Source: Candidatus Saccharimonadales bacterium (GTDB taxonomy: Bacteria > Patescibacteriota > Saccharimonadia > Saccharimonadales > EFPC-124). From it: 64,000 bases of DNA. Under the pieces are notes generated by a model that worked only from the letters and a program-made list of their open reading frames with translations, was not told where the DNA came from and did not search any database. Positions 34,372 to 43,908 of this stretch are shown in pieces. The stretch's first letter is position 1. Each line of letters opens with the position of its first letter. The position numbers were made by a program, and so were the translations under genes. The stretch is from contig JBOHNX010000001.1 of the NCBI GenBank assembly GCA_050730875.1, positions 141,827 to 205,826 on the forward strand, given 5' to 3'.

Positions 34372-35838
34372 ATGATCCACATCGATCTTTCTTCAAAACG
34401 CGCCAGGATGGCTCTTCGCTTCTTTACTTATGGCGTTATGACATTTGCCACTGTAACGCTTACCTCGCTCGCGATTCTATTTGCAATGGGTTACCGGTTT
34501 AACCAAGATAGCTTGGCCTTTGAACAAGGCGGTTTGATGCAATTCCGCTCAACGCCCGAAGGCGCGACTATTACGCTCGATGGCAAGGCCCAACGTTTTA
34601 AAACGCCAGGCCGCGCTAATGTACCAGCCGGTACGCATACGGTTGGCATGAGCCTGAATGGCTATCATGCCTGGAATAAAACTGTCTCGTTGCAACCTGG
34701 GCAGTTGCTGTGGCTTAACTATGTTCGATTTATTCCAACTTCGGTTACGACATCGCCCATTCGGTCGTTCGAGGCAATGGCGGGTGCGATGGCTTCGCCG
34801 GACCGCCGCTGGCTCCTGTTGCACGAGAAAGTCGAGCAACCTACATTTGCAATTGTCGATGTTGCCGACGAAAAAAATCCGCAATTTACCAACATCACTA
34901 TCCCCGATTCTCAACTAACTAAAAAAGATGACAAATTTGGTCAGTTCTCAATTGTTGAATGGGACTTGGGGTCGCGCTACATGCTTATCAAGCACCAGAA
35001 TGGAGACGTGACTGAATTTATCCGGATTGATCGCACGCGACCACAAGAAGCAACGAATATTAGCCAGCTTTTCCAGCTAAATATTATTGAGGCGCATTTT
35101 GCGGGTAGCACGCCGAACGTTATATACGCGAAAACAAGTGATGTGCTCCGCCGGCTCGATATTTCGGCAAGCAGTGCATCGGCAGCGCTTGTGACCAACT
35201 TACGCCAATTTGTTGTGTATGGTGACGACACCGTTGCGTTTGTAGCAGAGCAGGAAGAAACTGCAGGCAACCCTGCAAGCAAGCAGCAAGTAGTTGGCAT
35301 CTATGAGCGTGACGAAGCAAAGATTGCGCGTACATTCCCGCTCGATAATCCAATTCGAATTGCGTACGCCGAGTACTTCCAGCACACCTATTTGGCGGTG
35401 AGCGATGAAGCAGGCGTGACGCAACTTATCCGCGACCCTCAAACAAGCTCGAGCAAGCAAGTTACAAAGCTGGAGCTTGGCAAGCGTGCTGACTGGCTAA
35501 AATTCAGTAATAACGGCCGCATGCTTGTCAGCGGTAGTGGCAACTCGCTTTTGACCTACGACCTCGAGCTAAACGAAACCTACACAAAAACCCTCGACTT
35601 TGGTGTGCCAATTACCCAGCCACTTAATTGGCTCGACGATTACTACTTGTGGACTGATGCAGGTGGCCGCTTGCGCGTTGTAGAATTCGACGGCACAAAC
35701 GACCACGAAATTACTACTGTTGCGCCAGGCTACATCGTTAACCTAAGCCAAAACGGCCGTGCGCTGTTTAGTATCGACAAAAATACGGTCACAAACACGT
35801 TTGTGTTGCAGTCATCGAAGCTATTTATCGAAGACTAG
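34372..35838 (+). CDS. PEGA-domain membrane-anchored surface protein
   Basis: An N-terminal TM helix is followed by a PEGA-like segment (PEGATITLDGKAQRFKTPGRANVPAGTHTVGMSLNGYHAW). Confidence 0.65.
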   Translation: MIHIDLSSKRARMALRFFTYGVMTFATVTLTSLAILFAMGYRFNQDSLAFEQGGLMQFRSTPEGATITLDGKAQRFKTPGRANVPAGTHTVGMSLNGYHAWNKTVSLQPGQLLWLNYVRFIPTSVTTSPIRSFEAMAGAMASPDRRWLLLHEKVEQPTFAIVDVADEKNPQFTNITIPDSQLTKKDDKFGQFSIVEWDLGSRYMLIKHQNGDVTEFIRIDRTRPQEATNISQLFQLNIIEAHFAGSTPNVIYAKTSDVLRRLDISASSASAALVTNLRQFVVYGDDTVAFVAEQEETAGNPASKQQVVGIYERDEAKIARTFPLDNPIRIAYAEYFQHTYLAVSDEAGVTQLIRDPQTSSSKQVTKLELGKRADWLKFSNNGRMLVSGSGNSLLTYDLELNETYTKTLDFGVPITQPLNWLDDYYLWTDAGGRLRVVEFDGTNDHEITTVAPGYIVNLSQNGRALFSIDKNTVTNTFVLQSSKLFIED

Positions 35839-35841
35839 AAG

Positions 35842-37038
35842 CTAAAAGAAGAATTGCCACACTTGCTCGAAGAATGATTTACCGTCGCCGGGCAACTGAA
35901 CCTCTTGCTGGCTTGGCTCGCTAGGCTCGGTGGGTTTGCTCGCACCTGCAGGATCCGGGCTAATTTGCTCGGCAAAGACCAAAAGGCGTTTTAGCGCGGT
36001 TCCTGGCGGCGTACAAGTTATCAAGGTGACCATTGGCTTTTCTGCGCCAATTTGCAGGGCGTTAATTTCGTCTGGGTTGATGATTTTCTCTTCTGTTACG
36101 CGGTAAATGTAACGCTTGCCTTCGTAGTGCATGTAAAAGATGTCGCCTGGCTCCAGGCGGTCCAGCAGCACGAACACGAATTTGTATGCACCTTGGTTGA
36201 AAATATCGTTACTCGAGTGCCCAAGCAGCACTGTGTTACCAAACTGGCCAGGGACGGCGTTGGCGCCGGGCAATTTGTAGTGCACTGCCCCATCGCGCAA
36301 GGCAATTTGGATGGTTGCATCGTCGAGGGCGGTTTCGTTGTAGTTAACGGGCAAGTCGACGTTGATTTTAGGGATGATCAGGCGCGGCTCTGGCCCAACC
36401 GCAACGTTAGCGGTCGGGTCAACTAGTACGGCATCACTGCTAATGGCACCAGGGCTTAAGTAGGCCTTTACCTGGGCAACGAGCGTGCCGTTAAATTGCA
36501 AGAAGAGGAAACCTAAGCCGACTACCACGGCGCTCATAATTGGCACAAAGTGGTGGCTTTTACGTAACTGCTGGGCGCGTTGTTCTACTTTATTGCGCAG
36601 GTCGTCCTTCAGCCACTTAATATGCTTGGTTCGGCTCTCTGGCGTTTCCTCACCGCCGGTAATAATGCCATTGGTCTTTTCTTCTATTGGCGCTGCTGCT
36701 TCGGCAGCCTGGGTGTGATGGCTGGTTATTTTTTGACGCTCGGCGTGCAGCTGTTGCCAGTAGTATCGTTGATAATACTGTTGATAGTATTGCTGCCAGG
36801 CTGAATGGTAGTTGCGCCAGTCAAAGTTTTCTTGATGAGTGCGTTGGTAGGGGTTGGTGTGCGCTGCTTCACCCTCTTTTTTCAACTGATTTGGCGGATT
36901 CTGCTCGTAAATATGTTCGACTTGAGCACGCGCAAGCTCAGCGGCCCGCTGCTCTGGGTCGTTTGACGCTGTGTGCCGCTCGGGCACCTGTAAGTGCCTG
37001 TCGTCGGACGGCTGCTGTGCTGGAGTGTCTGTGCTCAT
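35842..37038 (-). CDS. sortase-family transpeptidase with Q/Y-rich N-terminal region
   Basis: Active-site His LLGHSS, catalytic Cys TLITCTP and one TM helix. Confidence 0.8.
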   Translation of the reverse strand: MSTDTPAQQPSDDRHLQVPERHTASNDPEQRAAELARAQVEHIYEQNPPNQLKKEGEAAHTNPYQRTHQENFDWRNYHSAWQQYYQQYYQRYYWQQLHAERQKITSHHTQAAEAAAPIEEKTNGIITGGEETPESRTKHIKWLKDDLRNKVEQRAQQLRKSHHFVPIMSAVVVGLGFLFLQFNGTLVAQVKAYLSPGAISSDAVLVDPTANVAVGPEPRLIIPKINVDLPVNYNETALDDATIQIALRDGAVHYKLPGANAVPGQFGNTVLLGHSSNDIFNQGAYKFVFVLLDRLEPGDIFYMHYEGKRYIYRVTEEKIINPDEINALQIGAEKPMVTLITCTPPGTALKRLLVFAEQISPDPAGASKPTEPSEPSQQEVQLPGDGKSFFEQVWQFFF

Positions 37039-37118
37039 AATTTATAGGTGATTCTACCTTAGAAATAGTATATAATACTCACGTACAATTCGAGCGGTTG
37101 CTCTTTCGTGCAAAATAT

Positions 37119-37205
37119 GCCGCGGTGGCGGAATTGGTAGACGCGCTAGACTCAAAATCTGGTGAGCATCTGCTCGTGCCGGTTCAAGTCCGGCCCGCGG
37201 TACCA
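37119..37205 (+). tRNA. tRNA-Leu (anticodon CAA), long variable arm, CCA encoded
   Basis: GCCGCGGUGGCGGAAUUGGUAGACGC D-arm. Anticodon loop CUCAAAA. T-arm CCGGUUCAAGUCCGG. Confidence 0.92.
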
Positions 37206-37210
37206 CAATA

Positions 37211-37240
37211 AAAAGCCTTACGTTTTTCGTAAGGCTTTTT
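37211..37240. terminator. bidirectional intrinsic terminator
   Basis: AAAAGCCTTACG/CGTAAGGCTTTT stem flanked by A and T runs. Confidence 0.75.
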
Positions 37241-37245
37241 ATTTT

Positions 37246-38148
37246 TTATGCCGCCTCTTCCTTGGGTAGGAGCAGTTGCACGACGAGGCCGCTCGCTGCA
37301 TTCAATACTGCCGTTTCTGCTGGGAGCAGCTGATTGTCGCGTGCTTCGTGGACCATGAGCGGTAGCAGCGCTGCATAGTCCTCTATTGTGATGTCTTGGA
37401 TATCGGGTTGTTTGTAACGCAGCCTTTGCTGGCGCCGCCTTATGTGTGTGACAAGGTCGTGTGCGTAAATGACCTTGATTGGCGGTTCATATTCCTTATT
37501 GGTAGGTGCAGTTTTGACTTCTCTGGGTATTTTGATATCTGGACCTATGGCGTACAGATCGTGATTCTTGGGTTGGATGTGCGACGCTTCCCAGCTGGGT
37601 GATGAGGGATACAACAGATATTTAGATTGCCGCGTGCGGGCCGAAAGTCCCATAAAAGCTATCTCTGCATACTGCGATGGAGGACAGAGCGCATCTGGCC
37701 TGTTGTCACGCTGGCTATATTCAATAACAGCGCCGAGTGTTGTGTATAAATTATCGAGATCCTCGGGGATTATCTCTTCCCTATGCGCTCGTTTTTTAAA
37801 CACTGGCAAATATGCGCACAGGATTGTGGCACCGAGGCGTATTGCCGGAGAAACCTCCCCTGCCCTTGCCTGCATGGGTAGCTGTAATAGCCGCGCCGCA
37901 TCTTCTAGGTGCAAGTCGCGAATTTCGTCAGAAACTCCGTTAGTCTGGCATAGCGCATAATCTACCTGCGCCCAGGCTGAAAGGTATCTGCCGGACGCAT
38001 TGGTGCGAAATTTGTACCGATCCATCGCCTCTAAACAAAAAGCGGCTGGCAAGTGTTCTGCCAGCCGCTGCATTTCGGGCCGAGTCGCGTGCGGGCCCGG
38101 CACTTCACATCCTTTGAATTTGCCGAGTTCTGCTGTCGCGGTAACCAT
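37246..38148 (-). CDS. hypothetical protein, PD-(D/E)xK-like motif, paralog A
   Basis: 300 aa. The core AEIAFM...SSPSWE...NHDLY-x13-REVK...KVIY aligns without gaps to the neighbouring paralog. Confidence 0.5.
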   Translation of the reverse strand: MVTATAELGKFKGCEVPGPHATRPEMQRLAEHLPAAFCLEAMDRYKFRTNASGRYLSAWAQVDYALCQTNGVSDEIRDLHLEDAARLLQLPMQARAGEVSPAIRLGATILCAYLPVFKKRAHREEIIPEDLDNLYTTLGAVIEYSQRDNRPDALCPPSQYAEIAFMGLSARTRQSKYLLYPSSPSWEASHIQPKNHDLYAIGPDIKIPREVKTAPTNKEYEPPIKVIYAHDLVTHIRRRQQRLRYKQPDIQDITIEDYAALLPLMVHEARDNQLLPAETAVLNAASGLVVQLLLPKEEAA

Positions 38149-38177
38149 TAGCGTTATAGTAGAGCATCATCTGGGGT

Positions 38178-39062
38178 CTAGGCAAGGGCTTTGTCTCGTT
38201 TTTGCTGAGTTTCGATCATGACAATAAGCTCGCGACTGGCAAGTGTGAGGATGTTCTGTTTTTTTCGGCTGCCTCTTTCTGAGAGCTCGTTTCGGATGAG
38301 TTTTGGCAAAAAGTCACCGTCACTAGCAGTTTGAGCACCAACGCGACTGCGTACTCTTGCGAGTAGTTCTTGGTAGTATATGACGACAACCGACTTTGCG
38401 TACCTGCGAGTGTTGGGGTGTCGATTGAATTTTACTTGTATGGGCACTTTGTCCATATCTTGAAGTAGATATAAGTCGTGGTTTAGTCGAACTATGCTGC
38501 TCTTCTCTTCCCGAGGAGAGGCTATCCATGGTATGTAGTTAGGGTCGCCGGTTCTAAGCAGGAGATACATTACTTCCAGCTCGGTCCTCTTGCCCTTAAT
38601 ATCTGATTTTTTCTGTGTTTTTTGTGGATCCAGCGCTAAGATTAGTTCGCCTAGGTCTCGAGATATTTCCAGTATATTTCCAGGAGTGATCGGTTCGCGA
38701 CTACAGCGAGCTCTAAAAAGCGGCTCAAAACACTTGATGGTGGCTGCTTCGGTTACGGGGAGTTCATCGAAGGTGTCTTTCGCCCTAAGTACTTCATCAA
38801 CAACCGCAAACGCTTCGTTCATCTGTTTTTCGACGAACCGGCTGTAAAATTCCTGTTCGTTTGCAGACAGCGCAAGGTCCAAGCATGCAAGCGCGTAACG
38901 AGTGCTTTGGTCACGACTGTTTTCGCGCGACTTATCGGCGTATTTACTAAGGCCGAGTACACAAAGTTGTTCAGAGATTCCGAGGGGGCCTAGGTAAGTT
39001 TTCTTATCGGGGCACGCGGCGCCCTGAAGGTCGGCCATGCATACGCCGCAATCACTACGCAC
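38178..39062 (-). CDS. hypothetical protein, PD-(D/E)xK-like motif, paralog B
   Basis: 294 aa with a GTG start and a GGAGGGG RBS. The core is TELEVM...ASPREE...NHDLY-x13-IQVK...VVIY. Confidence 0.5.
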   Translation of the reverse strand: MRSDCGVCMADLQGAACPDKKTYLGPLGISEQLCVLGLSKYADKSRENSRDQSTRYALACLDLALSANEQEFYSRFVEKQMNEAFAVVDEVLRAKDTFDELPVTEAATIKCFEPLFRARCSREPITPGNILEISRDLGELILALDPQKTQKKSDIKGKRTELEVMYLLLRTGDPNYIPWIASPREEKSSIVRLNHDLYLLQDMDKVPIQVKFNRHPNTRRYAKSVVVIYYQELLARVRSRVGAQTASDGDFLPKLIRNELSERGSRKKQNILTLASRELIVMIETQQKRDKALA

Positions 39063-39138
39063 GTCGTTCTACCCCTCCTGCCATTTGGACGAAGTGTAGC
39101 AGACGGAATATTCGTACGGCAAGCTCGGTTTACGAGGT

Positions 39139-39927
39139 TTATAAAAGGCTGGTCGTGAGAGCTTCGAACAATTTTTGCTGGTGCTGCGTGGCATAGACAC
39201 TGGCTTTGGCGGCGACGCTACCGCGCCAGATGAGCATTGGCTCGTCCCACGGCGTGCTACTTACCTCTCCATCTTTGGCGATGAGCAGCTGGTTTTGATG
39301 GAAAACCACCAGCGTACTTTGGTATGTCAGCGTGAATTTGTGCAGCGCCTCTACAAGGTGCAGCAGTTGCATGCTAAAGAGGACGGTTTTGGGATAATAA
39401 ACACTTTGAAAGAGTTTTTGCAGTTGTGCCAGTGTGACGATAAATATCGTTTTTTCATGATGCAGCAACGCAGGCCAAGCGGCTTTAATAAGATCTACTG
39501 CGTCGCGGGTAAAGATTGTGAGTTTATCGGGGAAATCACCAAGTAGCTGCTCGTAAACGATGGCGGTTTCGCTATTGCGGCCAGCATCGCCAATGAATAG
39601 TAACCCGTCCGCCCAAGCCGCGGCAGCTTTGAGTTGCGGCAGGGCGTCTTTGGTAATGCCGCCAGATGCGTTTGTGGGCACAAAGACGCAATCAAGTACA
39701 GTTGGGTCAATAGCTTTTTTGAGCGCGTCCGGCAACACGACGCGACACTCCCCTATGCCGGCTTTGGCGGCATCTTGGTAGGCCTGCGCAACCGCTGCAA
39801 AACCGTGGGCGTTGCCGCCGATGATCAGCAATTTTCCAGCTAGGGCTTTTTGCTCGGGCTTTTGCCACTCAATATCCGGGAAGAGTGGTTTGCCAGGTTC
39901 TTGCCGGTGCCAGTATTCGTGCATCAT
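39139..39927 (-). CDS. YjeF-C/carbohydrate-kinase-like protein (NAD(P)HX dehydratase-like, divergent)
   Basis: GKLLIIGGNAHGFAAVAQAYQDAAKAGIG...VLPDAL resembles the YjeF_C N-terminal pattern. The C-terminal motifs are degenerate. Confidence 0.4.
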   Translation of the reverse strand: MMHEYWHRQEPGKPLFPDIEWQKPEQKALAGKLLIIGGNAHGFAAVAQAYQDAAKAGIGECRVVLPDALKKAIDPTVLDCVFVPTNASGGITKDALPQLKAAAAWADGLLFIGDAGRNSETAIVYEQLLGDFPDKLTIFTRDAVDLIKAAWPALLHHEKTIFIVTLAQLQKLFQSVYYPKTVLFSMQLLHLVEALHKFTLTYQSTLVVFHQNQLLIAKDGEVSSTPWDEPMLIWRGSVAAKASVYATQHQQKLFEALTTSLL

Positions 39928-39929
39928 GG

Positions 39930-40727
39930 CTAAATATCGAGCGTTATGCTCACTGGGCAGTGGTCCGAGCCCATAACATCGGCATGGATTTCGGCTGCTT
40001 TTACTTTATCTTTCAGTGCGTTCGAGACTAAAAAGTAGTCGATGCGCCAACCAACGTTGCGGGCGCGGGCGTTGGCCCAATGGGTCCACCAGCTGTAATG
40101 GCCGTTGCCCTCGGTAAAGATACGGAAGGTGTCAGCGAAGCCGGCGTCAATAAAGTTCTGGAAGCCCTCGCGTTCTTCCTTGGTGTAGCCTTTTTTGCCT
40201 TCGTTCGGCTTTGGTCGAGCGAGGTCATCTGGCGTGTGGGCAACGTTGAGGTCGCCACAAAAAACAACCGGCTTTTTCTTTTCTAGCTGCTTGCAATAGG
40301 CCAAAAAGGCTGGATCCCAATGCTTGTGACGCAGTGGAATTCGGCTAAGGTCGTCCTTAGCGTTCGGCGTGTAAACTGTCACCAAATAAAATTTCTCATA
40401 CTCAGCAGTAATAACGCGGCCTTCTTTGGCGGAATCACGCGTTTGTTCATCTACAAATTTGTATTTTTTTGCGAAATCTTCTGGAAAGCCATTAATAATG
40501 GCCAGCGGTTTGATTTTGGTAAAAATCGCGGTGCCGCTGTAGCCCTTCTTTTCGGCCGAATTCCAATATTCCTCGTAATCAGGCACGTCAATTTCCGCCT
40601 GACCTTTTTCGGCTTTGGTTTCTTGCAGGCATAGAATATCTGGCTTATGTTCTTTTATAAATGGCAAAAAAGTTTCTTTTTTAACGACAGCTCGAATACC
40701 GTTTACATTCCACGAGTAAATCTTCAT
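39930..40727 (-). CDS. xth: exodeoxyribonuclease III
   Basis: MKIYSWNVNGIRA...LCLQETK...GDLNVAH...SDHCPV. Confidence 0.93.
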   Translation of the reverse strand: MKIYSWNVNGIRAVVKKETFLPFIKEHKPDILCLQETKAEKGQAEIDVPDYEEYWNSAEKKGYSGTAIFTKIKPLAIINGFPEDFAKKYKFVDEQTRDSAKEGRVITAEYEKFYLVTVYTPNAKDDLSRIPLRHKHWDPAFLAYCKQLEKKKPVVFCGDLNVAHTPDDLARPKPNEGKKGYTKEEREGFQNFIDAGFADTFRIFTEGNGHYSWWTHWANARARNVGWRIDYFLVSNALKDKVKAAEIHADVMGSDHCPVSITLDI

Positions 40728-40839
40728 GAGTTTAGTATACGATAGTATTGACTAAGCATAACTTCATTACATAATTATAGCAGTCATTTGCACCCGGCTG
40801 TTTTATTTTTAGACGCTTTAGGGTTAGACTAAGCGTGAT

Positions 40840-41553
40840 ATGAAGGTTACCTACAAACGAATTTTATTAAAGCTTTCGGGCGAGCAGTTAGCTGGCGATG
40901 GCGAAAACGGTATCGACACCACATTGGTGGAATGGATTGCACAAGAAATTAAAGAAGCTACGGCGGTTGGTGCCGAAGTTGTCGTCATGGTCGGTGGCGG
41001 TAATTATGTACGCGGCGCGCAAATTACTGGCGGCGGTATCCAGCGCGTTACGGCCGATTATATGGGCATGCTCGGTACGCTCATTAATGCGGTGGCGCTG
41101 ACTGACATCTTCAATGCGAATGATCTGCCGGCGCACGTCCTGACCAGTATTCGTGCTGACCAAGTTGCGGACGATTACACGCAGCGCCGGGCTAACCACC
41201 ACTTGCAAAAAGGTCGCGTGGTGATTATCGGCGGTGGTATTGGCCGGCCTTACCTCACTACTGACACGGCGGCTGTAAGCTTAGCGTTAGATCTTGATTG
41301 CGATGTGGTCTGCAAAATTACTAAAGTCGATGGCGTTTACGACAAAGACCCAGAAAAATTTGACGATGCTAAGCGCTACAAGCAGCTCACCTTCCAGCAA
41401 GCAGTCGAGGACAAGCATGTGCGCGTGATGGATAAAGCCGCGCTCGGTCTGGCCATGGAATATGGCAAGCACATAATTATCTGCGACCTCCACCGCGACG
41501 ATAACATCAAGCGAATCGCCCTGGGCGGATCAGTCGGTACACTTATCTCGTAA
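40840..41553 (+). CDS. pyrH: UMP kinase
   Basis: YKRILLKLSGEQL...VVMVGGGNYVRG...MGMLGTLINA...TKVDGVYDKDP. Confidence 0.93.
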   Translation: MKVTYKRILLKLSGEQLAGDGENGIDTTLVEWIAQEIKEATAVGAEVVVMVGGGNYVRGAQITGGGIQRVTADYMGMLGTLINAVALTDIFNANDLPAHVLTSIRADQVADDYTQRRANHHLQKGRVVIIGGGIGRPYLTTDTAAVSLALDLDCDVVCKITKVDGVYDKDPEKFDDAKRYKQLTFQQAVEDKHVRVMDKAALGLAMEYGKHIIICDLHRDDNIKRIALGGSVGTLIS

Positions 41554-42007
41554 GCGCTTTGCTTTCGCGCTCTTGGTCGCGGCGCTTAATTGCTTCGCGT
41601 TTGTCATAGCGCTTTTTACCTTTGGCGGTAGCGATTTTGAGCTTTATAAAACGCGTACGAGTCGTCATGCTTAAAGGCACAATGGTTAGCCCTTGGTCTT
41701 TCGCGGCCATAATTTGGGCGATTTCTTTTTTCTTTGCCAGCAGTTTACGAGGATGCGTTTCGACAGCACGGGTTGTTTCCCCTGGCTTAGTGTGTAAAAC
41801 CGAAAAAGATGCATTGGTAAGCCACAGCTCGCCATCTTTGAGGGTCACATAGCTGCCCTTTAGGCTCACTTGCCCCGAGCGCGCAGCTTTAACCTCGCGG
41901 CCGCTCAGTACAATCCCCACGTTAAATTCATCGTGCAGTTCATAATCGTACCGCGCGCGTCTATTCAAAATTAACGAATCTGGTTGTTTCTTTGGCTTTT
42001 TTGCCAT
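41543..42007 (-). CDS. smpB: SsrA-binding protein SmpB
   Basis: NRRARYDYELHDEFNVGIVLSGREVK...LHPRKLLAKKKEI. Confidence 0.92.
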   Translation of the reverse strand: MAKKPKKQPDSLILNRRARYDYELHDEFNVGIVLSGREVKAARSGQVSLKGSYVTLKDGELWLTNASFSVLHTKPGETTRAVETHPRKLLAKKKEIAQIMAAKDQGLTIVPLSMTTRTRFIKLKIATAKGKKRYDKREAIKRRDQERESKALTR

Positions 42008-42137
42008 AATGATTCCATTGTACGCTAAAACTAACAGAGGTCATAATAATATTGACTTTATTGTAAAATAATATTATAATTAGTCGATTTCTCAGACAAA
42101 CCTGCCTGGGGAAGTTCTTCACAACCTACGAAGGGGG

Positions 42138-42806
42138 GTGGACCTCGTGTCCACCGCAGAAAAGCTGGGTGCGCTGCCGGGCTTCGGATGGATGGTCAAC
42201 CTCCATCCACTCGTGGGCATTCTGTTCATCGTGGGTCTGACCCACGGTGGCATGTGGGTGATCATGATGTTGGAGGAGGGCTTCATCGTACGCAGCGTCA
42301 TTTGGCGCTGGGCACGGGGTTATCAGGCATGGTTGTACGGCGATGTCGCACTGGCGCTGGCCTTCGGGCTCGCGTTAGTAGGCGTTCGATCGCTACCATC
42401 CTCGACCGACAGGCTGTACCAGAACGTGTGGGTCCATGTAGGAATCCTCGCGCTTTGGCTACTGGTCGGTGCGTGGCGATGGTCATTCAATGACTACAAC
42501 GCCTACACCGTGGAGCAATCCGCCAGCCCCAGCAAGTTGTACCACGACCTGCTGTTCCCGCTCATTGGGTACCTGCTGTCGGCGGCACTTGTGCCTTTGC
42601 TGGCTCCAACCAACTGGTGGAGGGGGCATGCGGTACAGGGTATCGCGACCATGCTTTGCATTGTCTTCATCGGCCTGTGGGTGTGGTTCGGCATCGGTGA
42701 CCAGAGGGACTCCTGGAAGGCGGAACACGCCCACCCCAAGGATTTCACCTGGCCAGTCAGCCGACTCGTCGGGAAGTACATCGATCCGCTGCTGCGCAAG
42801 CCGTAG
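42138..42806 (+). CDS. hypothetical polytopic membrane protein, GC3-rich
   Basis: 222-aa ORF with a GTG start and a GAAGGGGGGTGG RBS. It has 5-6 hydrophobic helices. Its codon usage is clearly GC-richer than the flanking smpB and GT genes. Confidence 0.55.
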   Translation: MDLVSTAEKLGALPGFGWMVNLHPLVGILFIVGLTHGGMWVIMMLEEGFIVRSVIWRWARGYQAWLYGDVALALAFGLALVGVRSLPSSTDRLYQNVWVHVGILALWLLVGAWRWSFNDYNAYTVEQSASPSKLYHDLLFPLIGYLLSAALVPLLAPTNWWRGHAVQGIATMLCIVFIGLWVWFGIGDQRDSWKAEHAHPKDFTWPVSRLVGKYIDPLLRKP

Positions 42807-42885
42807 GTTTGGGGTCGTCCACCAAGGTAGAAATACCTTAGGCGGGCGGCCCCTGTTTTAATTCCGTGCTACAATGTGGGTAATA

Positions 42886-43908
42886 ATGTCCAAGAGACTC
42901 AAGATCAACATGATCTCGGAGAGTGTGTTTACTGTCCAGGGTCATGGGGTGCATACAGCGTTTTTGGAGACGACTCAAGCCTTAAAGAGCAACAAGGCTG
43001 TGAGTGTCGTGGTAAATAAACTGCGCAAACCGGCGGATATTACCCATATTCAGACGGTTGGTTTTTACGCCCTGTTCCATTTGCTGTTTGGTCCTGGCAA
43101 AAAAGTAGTGTCGGCGCACGTGGTGCCGGATTCATTTGTCGGGTCATTTATTGGCGCAGAGCGCTGGTATCCGATTGCGCGGTGGTATCTGCGCTTCTTT
43201 TATAACAAGGCAGATTTACTGCTGGCTGTTTCGCACATGGTGAACGATGTGCTGCTCAATGACCTTAAAGTAAAGCCGCCAATCACGGTGGTCTACAATT
43301 CTATCGACACGAGTCACTATAAATCGACTCGAGCCCAACGTGCTGCGGTGCGTAAAAAGCTCAAAATCAAACCAGAAGACTTTGTTGTTATGGGCAGCGG
43401 CCAGATACAGCCGCGCAAGCGCTTCGGTACGTTTATTGAGACCGCCAAAAAAATGCCACAATTTAAGTTTATTTGGGTTGGCGGTATTCCGTTTAAGCAA
43501 TTGGGCGCCGACTATAAAGAACTCAGTAAACTGATCGAATGCGCACCGGAAAACGTCACAATAACAGGCGTTGTCGACCATAAAAAGATGGCGCGCTATT
43601 ATCAGGCGGCTGACGTGTTTTTCTTCCCATCGGTGCAAGAAACATTTGGGTTATCGGTTGTCGAGGCAGCTGCTAGCGGGCTGCCTATTTTAGTGCGTAA
43701 CATTTCGGATTACGATGATACATTTGGCGATTTAGTGCGCAAAGCCGACGAAGATGAGTTTGTAGCAATCCTCAAGAAGCTCCAAGCAGACAAACAGTTT
43801 TATCAAGATGCTAAGAAAGACGCCCTTAAGCTAGCGCAGCGCTACGACAGCAAAAAAGTCTGCCAGCGCCTGTGTAATTACTACGAAGAGTTGCTTAGAA
43901 AAGATTAA
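42886..43908 (+). CDS. GT4-family glycosyltransferase
   Basis: C-terminal FFFPSVQETFGLSVVEAAASGLPILV (EX7E-type GT4 motif). Confidence 0.8.
   Translation: MSKRLKINMISESVFTVQGHGVHTAFLETTQALKSNKAVSVVVNKLRKPADITHIQTVGFYALFHLLFGPGKKVVSAHVVPDSFVGSFIGAERWYPIARWYLRFFYNKADLLLAVSHMVNDVLLNDLKVKPPITVVYNSIDTSHYKSTRAQRAAVRKKLKIKPEDFVVMGSGQIQPRKRFGTFIETAKKMPQFKFIWVGGIPFKQLGADYKELSKLIECAPENVTITGVVDHKKMARYYQAADVFFFPSVQETFGLSVVEAAASGLPILVRNISDYDDTFGDLVRKADEDEFVAILKKLQADKQFYQDAKKDALKLAQRYDSKKVCQRLCNYYEELLRKD

Noticed and set aside
42008-42137. I expected tmRNA (ssrA) next to smpB.
   Set aside because: The spacer is AT-rich and has no GGGG 5' end, tag ORF, T-arm or CCA terminus. No convincing tmRNA tag frame (hydrophobic ...AA end) was found in the other structured elements either.
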